This document shows, piece after piece, positions 27,950 through 40,299 of a DNA stretch of 64,000 bases. A program made the position numbers and the translations under genes. The stretch comes from Octopus sinensis (taxonomy: Eukaryota): contig NC_042998.1 in NCBI RefSeq assembly GCF_006345805.1, positions 71,982,001-72,046,000 of the forward strand, read 5' to 3'. Under the pieces are notes generated by a model that was not told the DNA's origin, ran no database searches, and saw only the letters and a list, made by a program, of their open reading frames with translations. Numbering within the stretch: the first letter of the stretch is position 1; each line of letters starts with the position of its first letter.

Positions 27950-28800
27950 TAAGGAATAATGTTCCCACACAAGGTTTAATGCTGATCGAGAAATCTGGGG
28001 CAAAATAATCGACGTTCCGGCGGCGCTTCTTTCGCGGTTGCTAGGGTCTAGCATATATGAAATGCAGTCATTAACGACTGTATGACAGGCCCTTGTTTTA
28101 ATTAGGGTGCCACGACTTCATAAATTTCCTGATTCGAGAACAGATTCGAGATCCTTTTGCTGGCACCTTCCAATAGCTTACAAATCCTGTTCTAGAAGCA
28201 ACGGGAGGTACACCAGAGGCGTGAATACAAGTACTCAAGTTCGGAGATATATAAGATCGGCCGGAACTGCTTTTAAGTGCCTCTTAAAGGGTTTTGGAAA
28301 CACGTTATGTCATGTCACTCGCCAGCCATGTGTGACACCTTGAGTATAAATCAACATCCTTCGAAAGTAAATGGAGGAGCATAGTGCAGCCGAGGTCCTG
28401 TATCAACGGGAACAGACAATTCAAGCTTTACATAGTGAACGGGCAAGGATCCTTAAGAAACTCGCTGGATCTCTCATAAGCTCAAGATACAAGATTTATA
28501 CCTCTTGTCCTCATTTCAGACGCTATATGCGGATGGTGTAGGATTCAATGTTCGTTTATTAGTGCTGTGTAAAAAGTACTTGCAAACTGCATGATTCCCT
28601 GTTCGACCTTTAGGTACCATATGATCTGTCAACTGGACAGATCTAAGCTGATAACTCGTCGCATATAAGGCTCAAATAGTGTATATTTTTCTTTGGAATT
28701 TAATTGACCGTAAAGGTTTTCTACCTTCAGTTTGAAAAGAGGTTATACACTCTCGGCCTAACGAGTCATCTATAAAACCAAGCGCTTTATGGATGCAAAA
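27950..28800 (+). mobile_element. Highly decayed LINE RT C-terminal remnant (tentative)
   Basis: Raised GC and fragments such as RSAGTAFKCL that resemble RTE/Jockey C-termini. No catalytic motif seen. Confidence 0.3.
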
Positions 28801-28888
28801 CAACTGGTCATTCTATGAGGGACATATGTTTATCTTCCTGTAAATACATTACTGCTGTAACTTTAGAGTGTGCTTCTATGCATACACA

Positions 28889-28959
<71 letters not shown>

Positions 28960-29329
28960 TTCTTTGTTTGTCTATGCGCGTGCACTTAGCTGTGTGTAAA
29001 GTAAAAGCAATTTACTACCACGCATGTAGGTGTATAGAAGAATTGTATAAGAAGTTGAAGATGCACCATGTGTGTTTCAGCGAATTTCAGTATTTTAAAA
29101 GCATTTTGCAAATTTAATCAAGTAACACAGAGTTTTCAAGAATTTAATTTTGGTTTTCCAGTTAATAATAAAATAAAAAATAACTTTTCTTTGTCTTTGA
29201 AAAATTATTGCTAATGCCTGTATGATATTTTCATAAAATTGTAATTCTTCAAAAATTCCTTTTAGTAACATATGCATTCTAAATACCCAACCCAATTCCA
29301 CTCTATAAATCAATCTGCCTAATATCAAT

Positions 29330-30400
29330 CATCATCATTGCTTCCCACCTCCGCTCAGTCTTCTTAATCTTCTCTGCTTTCTGGTTTCCCTCACTGTATA
29401 TAGAAGCCCCACTAACCTCATTATATGTCCTATCCATCACGTCTTTCTTCTACAGAAGGTATCAATTGCACATCACTTTTGCCGAAATCGCGGAGCATAT
29501 CCCCGCTGATCACATGGTCTGTACAGCGGATTTTCTCCATTCACCTCAGAAACATATTTTAAACTTTCTAGTTTCCTAGAGCTGGCCTTCTTGATGGTCC
29601 ATGCTTCTGATCCATAGAAGAACATATACCGAATAGGAGTTTTACCCGCTCCTTTAGTTTACGGTTCAGGCATTTGGTGATCAATGTTTCATGTGTGTTG
29701 AATTCAGTTTTGGTCATCGAGATTCTTACTCTGGTTTGTCTCTCTATTTTCCAAAGCTTTCGTGCAATTTAAATTGTTGAATCTGCTCCGGTTGGTTTTT
29801 GTTGATGTTCATTTGTAGATTCCCTTCTCTACTCTTCCCAATTTCCAATTTTCATCACGTTGGTCTTCTTTGGTTGATTTCTCATCTTCTGTCTCTTACC
29901 TCCTCCAATCAGACTTGCCTTCAAAGGATGCTTGCCCTCTGCTGTGCGTGTCCTGTCATTGCTTGTTTGTCTGCAAATCTCTTAGCGTGTATCAAATGTT
30001 AGCCACACTAGCACTTCTTTCAAGTCCTCTATCACCTACCTCATCATTGCATTCTCATACACGCTGAAGAGGAAGTGTGGGACGTAAGCATTCTTGTCTA
30101 ACTCCTCTTCCGATGGTCCAGCCATTCCATGAACTATATTTATAGTTTCTGCCTGGCCCAGGTACAGCGTCGTGATTAGGCGTTTATTTCTCCAATTGCT
30201 TCCCATATTTTTTCGGAAACTCATCATTCTTCTTACAATCACCCAAATCGAAAGCAGCCAAAGACATCCTGATCATGCGCAATATTCCTTTCCCCTAAAG
30301 TTCTCATAATAGCGAATGTCACTCTCGTTGACAATACTTTCCTGAAACCGAATTGGTCTTTTCCGATATTTCTACTGTCTGTATGTTTAATTATTTACAC
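29330..30400 (-). mobile_element. RTE-clade LINE reverse transcriptase fragment (pseudogenised)
   Basis: Minus-strand motifs KDQFGFRK, IGRGVRQEC and YGSEAWTIKKA; 3' end followed by a (gat)n-like tail. Confidence 0.75.
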
Positions 30401-30404
30401 GCAT

Positions 30405-30655
30405 AGTCGCTGGAGGGAGTGTGTGTCAAGAAGCTTGCTTACCAACCACAAGGTTCCTGGTTCAGTCCCACTGCGTGGCACACTGGGTAAGTATCTTCTA
30501 CTATAGCCGCGGGGCGTCCAAAGCCTTGTGAGTGGGCCTGGTAGATGGAAACTGAAACAAGTTCAAGATTCTTCACTTCCCGATGGTTATACTAATACAT
30601 TTGTTTGTTGTTTACACCACCGGTCTTCGTCTCTTGTTTTTCTGTGAATTCTCCC

Positions 30656-30707
<52 letters not shown>

Positions 30708-30955
30708 GTGTGCGTGTGTGTATGCGTGTAGGTGTATTTTGTGTGTCTCTGTTTGTCCCCCCACCATCGCTTGACAACCGATACTGGTGTGTTTACGTCC
30801 CCGTAACTTAGCGGTTAAGCAAAAGACACCGATATAAGTACTAGGCTTACAAAGAGTAATTCCTGGGGTCTATTCGATATAGTAAAGAAGGTGCTCTAGC
30901 ATAGCCGCAGTCAAATAACTGAAACAAATAAAATAATAAAAGAGCAAAAGAGTAA
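30405..30955 (+). mobile_element. SINE family A, with expanded middle
   Basis: Head gcttgcttaccaaccac...ggttcagtcccactgcgtggc and tail gcagtcaaataactgaaacaaataaa. Confidence 0.8.
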
Positions 30956-30989
30956 ATAGACATATCTATTTATATATAACAGTATACGA

Positions 30990-31052
<63 letters not shown>

Positions 31053-31780
31053 AATTAGCTACATTTCAGGAATAATAGGACTAGTTAACCTGTTTCAAAT
31101 GCAACACGCACACACTCACAGACACACGCATACGCTACAGAGAAAAAGAGAGGTATTGCAACACTTTATTTGTTTCTGTAATCGAGAGAATGCAATTATA
31201 TGTGCGACATTATATCGGCTTTACGATATAAAGGAATCCATTAAAGGATTGTTTTATTTTTTATATATACAGCTGAACATTACTGAATTGTTTTCATTTG
31301 ATCTACCTCTAAATAATTGTCAAAAATTCATTTCGTTTCATTGAATGTATTTAAAGAAACCTCCTTTATATTGCATTCTCATATATTAAAATTAATTTTG
31401 AAAGCTTTTTCTCGGCAAAGTAATTGTATTATTGAGGATAATAATTTGTCAAGTGATTAATGTCTTAGAGATATCCATTACATTAAAGTTTATGATCATT
31501 TGTGCAGTTCAGAAGAAAATAAAATGTTGATTTCGTATTATTTACAAGGATGACAAATTATAAAAATGAATTTATGGTGGAATTAATGGATCATGATGTC
31601 TAACTATAGGAAAGAAATGTGTAAATAACGATATTTCTAACGGTTAGGAAACAGTCGAACACATTGTGTTTATTTATATAAGTTCTTAGCGATCACTTCA
31701 AATTGTATGATATCTAACAATAATCTGGTTACAATAAATTAATTATATCCCTCAAAATAGATGCAAATAATATGTGGGAC

Positions 31781-31819
<39 letters not shown>

Positions 31820-32033
31820 TACATCCCGTTGACAAGAATCAATAAATTCGAAACATCGATGCCTGAGATTCCTGATAGATGGCGACACCAAACAATTCGG
31901 TTGTTTCACATCTTTTACCATAAGAGAGCTATTTTCTCCACGGTAACTGCAGTGTATTTGCCTTTTAGCAGTTGTAATATGTCACAAACATATTTTAACA
32001 AGCCAAAATTTTGTTTATATAATATATATATAT

Positions 32034-32096
<63 letters not shown>

Positions 32097-32199
32097 GTAT
32101 GTTTGTATGTATGTGTGTATATGTGTTATATATATATATATATATACTATATTATGTTATATATTTATGTTTGCGTGCGTATTACTGTGTTTGGGGGTT

Positions 32200-33290
32200 A
32201 GTTTGTTGATTGGCATCGGTAGCCTACTGAAAATATTGAAAATAATGCATGAGGTACCATTAAATTTGTAGTCGGCAATTTGATTGCCAGTCAATATAAC
32301 CCTTTGTATTTTCGCTACCGATATTAGAAAAAAAGTAATACTTAAACATAAAAAGTATTGCTAAAAGCTTCAATAATGATGTTGCTCGTAAATAATTCAT
32401 CTTTATACATTTTTTCGCAAATCTCACCTTGATAAAATCCAACCTTTCAAAGGTGTGACAAGTGTTCTTCCCTTTCCAATGGGGTAATTAATTTCCGTAG
32501 ATTCGGATGTGTGCGAGTTAAAGAACTTTGTAATACATCGTGATCTCCCTCTTAATGGTTGTTATTGCGATGCATATCCGATTCTGTTCTAAAGCGAACA
32601 TTCAAGCTCTCAATGGGAAACAAAGGGGAAGTGCTTAGTTGTCTAAATCCTCCACCTCGCTCACATCCTATGTAAGATAATTCAAATTATGATACCAGTT
32701 TGGTGTGCGTTTGCAAGATTAAGTGTTTTCTCTGGTCCCTTTTTAGTAGGGGAATATTCTGGAGGATGGTGTTGAAAGCTTCATTGTTAAGAGGGCTGTG
32801 CGTGGAGATGTATGATAGGGATTTTGGTTGTAAATCCTTCTTTAATTTGGATTTCTGAGTTGGTGGATGTTGAGTTGTAGGGCACGTTGAAAGCATATAT
32901 CAATTAGTAATGGTGCGTAGTTCCTGTTAATGAACGTATCCTTTGGTACATGTAGTTGTTTGTCCCTGGTGCTTGTATTAGAAATTATATTACAAATCAT
33001 TTTTTGCTAGGTTAAAAGTGATACTCATTCTAGTGTGTCTGGGGTGGCATGCGTTAAACAGAATTTAATGCTTGCAGTCCGTGAGCTCATAGCATTTATC
33101 TGTTTCCATTTTGTTGTTCAATTTCTTAATGAGGATGTCGAGGCATGGAAATTGTTGATGGTTATAAGTGCTTGAAATTATTTCAATCTCTCTATGCTTT
33201 AATGCCAAAGAATGAAACAGTCGCCCAGATACTATTTTCTAAGTAGAGTGAGAATGCGTTGCTGAATTTTTCTAGTTTCTCGATATCCCA
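32200..33290 (-). mobile_element. PLE RT thumb to GIY-YIG fragment
   Basis: FPCLDILIKK..., ACHPRHT...FNLAK, NRNY..LLID, YISTHSPLNNEAFNTILQNIP, then a GYI(G)-like endonuclease remnant. Many stops. Confidence 0.75.
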
Positions 33291-33294
33291 TGAC

Positions 33295-33750
33295 TAGTAT
33301 ACTAGCTGCATTAGATCTTTTGACGATGATAAGGAGAGAAATAAAACCTGCAGCTACATTCCTGTTTCATGACCCCTATTGTTATTATCTTCTACCACTC
33401 CAAATTATAGTTAGTGTTTTTTTTCTTAAGTTCATTCTACTAAAATAATAGCAGCAAGCATGTAATTCTTTTATTCTCTAGTTCTGATGAAACGTTTACT
33501 AAAGATTAAAATGGAGTATCCTGTATGTGTAAATCCTGTGTGCTCTAAAGCATCTGAAGAAGGCGGTGTATTTCAAACTGATGTAATGCTTGCATTGTTC
33601 GATTAAATGGAGCCTCCTGAAACAACCGTAATCCTCTAATACCACGACATTCTTGTTGCTTATTTGGATTTTATTCACTATACTTCCAGCTGTGCGGATA
33701 GTACCGGACTGACTTGCTGCCTCAATTTAAGTACTTAATTCAACCAAATC
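33295..33750 (+). repeat. Direct repeat copy 1 (PLE pseudo-LTR-like); copy 2 at 35380-35808
   Basis: Shared ctaagttcattctactaaaataatagcagcaagcatgtaatt...ttccagctgtgcggatagtac. Confidence 0.8.
33550..33634 (+). ncRNA. Minimal type I hammerhead motif in a PLE terminal repeat
   Basis: gcat-CTGAAGA-aggcgg...cctcct-GAAAC-aacc-GTA-atcc. The sister copy at 35680-35695 keeps GAAACGGCCGTA-atgc. Confidence 0.6.
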
Positions 33751-33789
33751 TTAATTATTTCCTAACTAGTCAAACATACTTATACGATG

Positions 33790-34760
33790 CTTCTGTTACT
33801 TCAATTTAACCGGATTGAAAAGGTAAGTATAGAATTTTCCCTTAAAGATATTCCCATTGATACTAAGGGTACGAACATGTGGCTAATAATCCATAGTTTC
33901 TACATTTCTATATTTAAGAGATGAGGAATTATGTACATTATGAGAACATAGGAATGAGAACCCTAGGCGCAGGAGTGGCTGTGTGGTAAGTAGCTTGCTA
34001 ACCACCACATGGTTGCGGGTTCAGTCCCACTGCGTGGCATCTTGGGCAAGTGTCTTCTGCTATAGCCTCGGGCCGACCAATGCCTTGTGAGTGGATTTGG
34101 TAGACGGAAACTGAGAAGCCTGTCGTATATATTATATATATATATAAGTGTGTGTGTGTATATGTTTGTGTGTCTGTGTTTGTTGTCTCTAGCATTGCTT
34201 GACAACCGATCTGGTGTGTTTACGTCCACGTCACTTAGCGGTTCGGCAAAAGAGACCGATATAATAAGTACTGGGCTTACAAAGAATAAGTCCCGGGGTC
34301 GATTTGCTCGACTAAAGGCGGTGCTCCAGCATGGCCGCAGTCAAATGACTGAAACAAGTAAAAGAGTAAAGAGTAAAGAGTAACCCAGGTCAGAAATTTC
34401 CCCAAGACACCCGATGAAGGCTGGAAGGTATATCAGCCAAAACTTTGTGTTAACAACAAACAGGATGAGGACAATTATCCATCAAATGTAAATAATGTAA
34501 ATGATATTCTAATGAGTTTGTTAGGAGGATGTGGTGGATAGCTTACCATCATGAAGTAAAGATGAAGAAAAAAGACCTAGAAGCATATGATAAAAATTAT
34601 TATAAGATACTGAAAAGCAGAAAAATCCTCCACCTAGCCTACTACTGGAAAACATTGAAAAAGGTTTATTCGTGTCAATATCTGATATAAAATTCAAGGA
34701 ACACCACTTAGGAAAAACTTATACCCGAGGAAGATTAAGGGCCTTATTAAATCTCTACGG
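33790..34760 (+). mobile_element. PLE pseudo-LTR and ORF start, interrupted by a SINE
   Basis: Dead HHR acac-ccgatga-aggctg...cagcc-aaaac-ttt-gtgt at ~34406-34450, then FVRRMWWIAYHHE-like N-terminal coding remnant. Confidence 0.55.
33966..34380 (+). mobile_element. SINE family A, inserted into a PLE terminal repeat
   Basis: Near-consensus copy ending (gagtaaa)n. Flanks gagaaccctagg / gagtaacccagg resemble a degenerate TSD. Confidence 0.85.
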
Positions 34761-35379
34761 AATACATCTGGTTGAGTAACCCATCCCGCTCAAAAGGTCC
34801 CTGAATAAGGGTTGTTTAAGGATGTTGAATGAAACGGATGAAGTCTGAATTTAATTTGGGTACATTATTTGAATGATTTTATCATGAGGTGCTTAAAGTT
34901 TGCTAGGATTATGTATTATGAAACTTCTACTTTATATAAAAGTATTCTACTTTTTATGGCTTAAATTGATTTATATATCCATCTTATCTTACTCGGTCCT
35001 TATATCTTTTTATAAATTCAAAATGTTACATTTTATTATACAAAATATAATAATATATACATTTTGCTAAATTCTGGCTATATTTCTTTCCCCTGTCTCC
35101 TTAATGCCCATTTAGATCTAATTGTGATGTCCTTTCCTCTCTATATTAGCCACATTTAGCTGATAATAATAAAATAGGTTATTCCACCAATACCCTTCCT
35201 CTTTCTAGGCATGTACCACTCTTTTCTGACTTCTTCTGAGATTTGTGTCTTTATGTGGTCATAGCGAGTTTATTGCCGGAGTAAATTAGGAGTTTGGGAG
35301 AGTATCTGACGGTAATAAATATAATATCAGCAGCTAGAACTTAAATATCAATTCTCAGGTGATTAATTCTTAGTGGACT

Positions 35380-35808
35380 TAGAATACTTGCTACATAAGA
35401 TCGTTTGATGGTTATAGCTATATTGTACTCTGCAGCTATATTGTAATCTCATGACCTTTACTGTTATTCTCTTATGTCATTCCACAATATAAAACGAGTA
35501 TTTTTCTCTAAGTTCATTCTACTAAAATAATAGCAGCAAGCATGTAATTTTTTTATTCTCTAGTTCTGATGAAATATTTACTAAAAATTATAATGGAGTG
35601 TCTTGTATGTTAAGACCTATGCGGATTTATGCATAGGTTTGATGTAATGCTTGCATTGTTTGAGTTAGTGGAGCCCTCTGAAACGGCCGTAATGCACTAA
35701 TGCCTCGACATCCTCGTTGCTTGTTTGCATTTTATTCACCTTATTTCCAGCTGTGCGGATAGTACAGGACTGATCTGCTGCCTGCACTTAAGTATCTAAT
35801 TCAACTAA
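35380..35808 (+). repeat. Direct repeat copy 2
   Basis: See 33295-33750. Carries GAAACGGCCGTAATGC. Confidence 0.8.
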
Positions 35809-35989
35809 GATGTTACTAATTGATTTGAGAACTTTACATTATTGGAAAACCTATATGATATTAGCTAAAGATTACTTGAAATATTATATTTGCTGTAATA
35901 TTTGCAGCTTTAATAAATTGTTATAGAATGAAACAATTGTACTAAAATACCGGATCCATTCTTGTTGCTTATTTTTTGCTTATATATAT

Positions 35990-36320
35990 ATATATAATGA
36001 TACCCTTTAGTGAGCACATTGAGAAATGCGCAAAGCAACTACTACCACAATTTATAATCTTTCCATTCTACCAATGTGCTATCGGAACACCGACACAAAT
36101 TAGACTAAACAAGGAAACATTCTTCATTGAAAAATACAAGCCCAAACTTAACCATTCCAACATACTTATACAGAGAAACTCAATCCAAAAGAAAGGCAAA
36201 TAATTTTAAGCGATTATCTCCCTTACACCGGAAGAAATAGCTTATTATCTAGATCACCGCTCAACGTAAAAATAACGTTTTAAGAAATTTGAAAAGTTGA
36301 ACGCGAAACCGGTCATTTCT
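35990..36320 (+). mobile_element. PLE GIY-YIG C-terminal fragment with HHR 3' half
   Basis: IPFSEHIEKC...RLNKETFFIEKYKPKLN, followed by gttgaacgc-GAAAC-cg-GTC. Confidence 0.65.
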
Positions 36321-36436
36321 TCTATACTATGTCATTGTATGAAAACAATTTATAACATTCTTCAGACATATTGACTCAAATATATATTTTTTAACCTTTT
36401 AAAACAAGCCTTCTGTAGTTTTTTCACTTTTTACTA

Positions 36437-36485
<49 letters not shown>

Positions 36486-36491
36486 ATATAT

Positions 36492-36536
<45 letters not shown>

Positions 36537-36574
36537 CATATATATACATATATATATATACATACATATATATA

Positions 36575-36653
<79 letters not shown>

Positions 36654-36982
36654 TATATATACATATAAATATATATATATATATATACACACACATCGTG
36701 CGGCAAAAATAACACCCTTTTGTATTTCGGTTTATCAAGTAACTAATTGAGTTTCTTTTTTATTTCCTAAAAGTTCAGCGATTTTCTTCATTAGTTTATT
36801 CTTCGTTTCTTTAATTGGTGTAATATATCAGTGTTCAATAAAAAAAATACTTAAACATTTATATACTCTAAAAGTTATCAAATGCAAAAGCTGCGTTCAT
36901 GCGTCTAACGTGGCTTGTAATATCTATCCTCTTCCTTAATAGTAAGATGCTATGGATTCAAATTTGAATTGATGGAAGGCGT

Positions 36983-37518
36983 TCAAGAAAGTTCCCCTCT
37001 TTCACTTATTCCATAGTTACTACACACCGAGCATGTTAATTCCTCATTATTCCTATACGGCGGGCACGGAAGTGACCCGCATTGTGCCTGTACATGATAA
37101 AAAAGAGCTCCATTTTCGTCTCGGTAACCACATCTGTCAGCTTCAGGTTCTTTGTCGATGCACAAATATGAAGTTCTGCCATTATGTTTCCAGTGAGATG
37201 TCATAAGGTAACCAGAATATTCGAGGTACCAACCAGTATAACATTCATTTCTACCTGGAAGCATCATTACAGCTGCCGGACCATTTGTTTGGCACACAGC
37301 ACAAGGAATGTTATGATCATGTAACGTGCGAGCATTTGTCTCCAAGAAGAGACCGAATTTAGGATTATTTTTGTAGTCTGACACTTCGTATTCACTTCCA
37401 TATATGTGTGATCCTGTTTCTACATCTCCCGTGAAATTGCTCCATTGAGGGTCCATAGGTAGACAAAGAATATTGCTTCCACCACCTGTGTCACTATAGA
37501 GACTTCCTGCTGCAACGC
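36983..37518 (-). CDS. Terminal coding exon of a short-chain collagen C4-like (spongin NC1-related) protein
   Basis: Acceptor ttcttactgatcttctag| with exon starting at 37518 (phase 1). Translates (G)VAAGSLYSDTGGGSNILCLPMDPQW...HDHNIPCAVC...MLPGRNECYTGWYLEYSGYLMT...YLCID...GALFYHVQAQCGSLPCPPY...ELTCSVCS, the Cys pattern of this family. Stop TGA at 36985-36983. Confidence 0.9.
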
Positions 37519-37603
37519 CTAGAAGATCAGTAAGAAGAAATAAGAGAAGGAATCATTAAATGAAACAAATAAGAGAGAAACAATACTTTAAAAAATCCGA
37601 ACA

Positions 37604-37785
37604 TACGTAGTAGTGCTGAAAAGTTCCTGACTTAGAAAAACTGAGCTTAGAAAAACTGAAGGACTGCTAAAATAAGTGAGTGAATCTGAGAGGTGAATAT
37701 GCTGAATAAAATCATAATTAACTGATCCTTTCGTAGTTTATTTTTATCCAATGCGGGGAACTTTTCAGCACCTCCCAATGAATAC
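37604..37785. mobile_element. Mariner-type MITE in the last intron
   Basis: tacgtagtagtgctgaaaagttcc ... ggaacttttcagcacctccc. Same family as 47462-47664. Confidence 0.65.
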
Positions 37786-37985
37786 GTAATATTGCAATTT
37801 TTAAAATAGTTCGAATTAATCATTTAAAATCGTAACACTATCATGTTTTGAATATAATTATGACAGATATTATATGTGATCGATTTTATCAGACCTAATA
37901 ACATTAACAAGTTACTATTCAATATGTAAGGTGTTTGAATATGAAAAAAAAAAACAAACATAAATTGATATATGGTAATATATAC

Positions 37986-38063
37986 CTGAATAAATTGTAG
38001 ACGAGAACTTTGCACTACAGGACTTCCTGCCCCAATGTGTGTATAATGAATGTGCCGTTCTCT
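37986..38063 (-). CDS. Penultimate exon of the same gene (start of the NC1-like domain)
   Basis: tcttgcag|78 nt|gtatat, phase 1 to phase 1. Encodes RTAHSLYTHWGRKSCSAKFSSTIYS, matching the family motif Y.RWGR..C......Y.G, and splices in frame to the 37518 exon. Confidence 0.85.
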
Positions 38064-38295
38064 CTGCAAGACAGAGTACATAAATTGAGTCAAAATATAA
38101 AAGCACAGTTAAGAATACTATAAATTACATTATATATATTTATACATTAATGTTTATAGCTTCTTTTGCTTCGACATATAATTCTCACGAAGAGTTATAA
38201 ATATATATATGTGTGTGTATGTGTGTGTGTGTGTGTGTGTGTATGCGTGTATACATATATATATATATATTTATATATATATATATATATATATA

Positions 38296-38514
38296 TTAGG
38301 TATGCAATTTCCGAGCATAACAGCGAATGATTTTACAAGTGACTAGCTGACTGGCCTTCGACCAGGCGGGTATGTGGTATTGATAAGTCACAGAAATAAA
38401 GGCAAAACATCGATGTCCATCAGTCTGAAATGGAATTGAGGGTGAGTTATGGTGCCTGTCCATGGCTCTAAGATTCTAATAATGAGCTGCTGTGCCCGGA
38501 AATTGCTTACCTAA
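38296..38514. mobile_element. 219-bp Tc1/mariner MITE, copy 1
   Basis: 29-bp TIR ttaggtatgcaatttccgagcataacagc (25/29 match), TA flanks. Confidence 0.85.
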
Positions 38515-38530
38515 TACATATATATATATA

Positions 38531-38749
38531 TTAGGTATGCAATTTCCGAGCATAACAGCGAATGATTTTACAAGTTACTAGCTGACTGGCCTTCGACCAG
38601 GCCGGTATGTGGTATTGATAAGTCACAGAAATAAAGGCAAAACATCGATGTCCATCAGTCTGAAATGGAATTGAGGGTGAGTTATGGTGCCTGTCCATGG
38701 CTCTAGGATTCTAATCATGAGCTGCTGTGCCCGGAAATTGCTTACCTAA
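38531..38749. mobile_element. 219-bp Tc1/mariner MITE, copy 2 (tandem)
   Basis: Near-identical to copy 1, separated by a short TA-rich spacer. Confidence 0.85.
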
Positions 38750-38757
38750 TACATACA

Positions 38758-38857
<100 letters not shown>

Positions 38858-39069
38858 AGAGATAATGATGTCATTGAGACCCAAATGTGTCAGGTAATGC
38901 TAGATAAGTGCTATAGACAGACCATAGTTAAGTTCCAGATTCGGTAATATAGCGAATAAGGGCTTAAACGTTGGTTCTATGTCAGCGTGTGTATATATGA
39001 ATTTTTTGTGTCATGAGATAAAAAAAGAAACAAGGCGGTATAGATATTAGAGCATTTATAGATAGATGT

Positions 39070-39122
39070 TCTTACAACTGTTTCTAGAATATTAATTAAT
39101 AATAATATCCCTTCATCGGAGA
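39070..39122 (-). ncRNA. Degenerate hammerhead motif (core U4 to C)
   Basis: tct-CCGATGA-agggatatt...aatattcta-GAAAC-agtt-GTA-aga. Confidence 0.5.
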
Positions 39123-40299
39123 TGGTGTGAGAGGAAAAGTTGTCATAGTTAGTTTCGATGTGATATAAATAGAGAGTGAGGTGGAGGAAAGAAAATAGAT
39201 GTAATATATGTATGGTTATTGAGTTCATAAATCCGTATTATTCCAATATCCTTTGAGTAAAATCCAAAAGTCCAACAGAGTTTAATATGAGTCCATCCAA
39301 ATGTAAAGTTTATAAGCAATGTAAGAACCTCTTAAAGTTGGTCCTTCTCAGTAGAGAATTTATATAGAATGTAGCAGATTCAAGGTTTGTGTTTAAACTG
39401 ACCTAGAAATAACGAGTGTATTAGTTTGGTCAAATTGAAAACAGGAAGAGAGGAATGACAAAAGAAAAAAAAGAAAAAAAGAAAAAATAAGGAGCTAAAA
39501 GGAGGAGAGAAAGAAATAATTATAGAGAAAGAAGAAAGAAGATTAGTAAAAAAAAATAAGAATAAAACCCATGAAAGTATGAATAAAGAGAATAATGAAT
39601 GGAAAAAAGAAAAATTAAGATGTAGGTTGGTCAGTGGTCAGTGGAGGTAGTTTGAAAGTAGGAGTGGGGATAGAGAGAGAAAGGTATTATAGTATAAATG
39701 ATAGAGGAATATGGGGTTTAAGGGGTAGGGGAAGTACTAATTGTAGTAGTAACTTTTAATTGTGAGGCAAATATATGAAGAATTAAGTTTTAAGGAAATA
39801 CTAGTGTTAATTATTCTGAGAAAATATTTATGTGAACATGTATATACATGTATATCAGATAAATTATAGAGATAAGTTACAAATACAATCCTCGTATATC
39901 AACGTTCCTACATGTGCAGTTATCTAAATTTTGCATGTGTATAAATGTTTACATATGCCCACATGTATTCATACATGCATACCCTCACTCGTACGTATAC
40001 ACGTGCGTATGGGTGTGTACGTGTATATATGTAAACGAATATAATCAGATGGTTGCACATGTGAGAAACTAGATATAGGTTATAAGTTAGAGTGTAAATT
40101 TATTGGTTATTGGGATTACCTAGGAATTTATACAGAAACGTACCTTATGGTCATTTTGACATTTGGATTTGTGATAGAATTTAAGTGTGTGATAAAAGCG
40201 GCGGTTGCATGTGCTTAATGCCTCGTTATGTTTATTAAGCAGTGTTGAAGAATTGTGCTTTAATATTTGGAGTGGCTCCTTAGCTGTCAGCTAAGTGGA

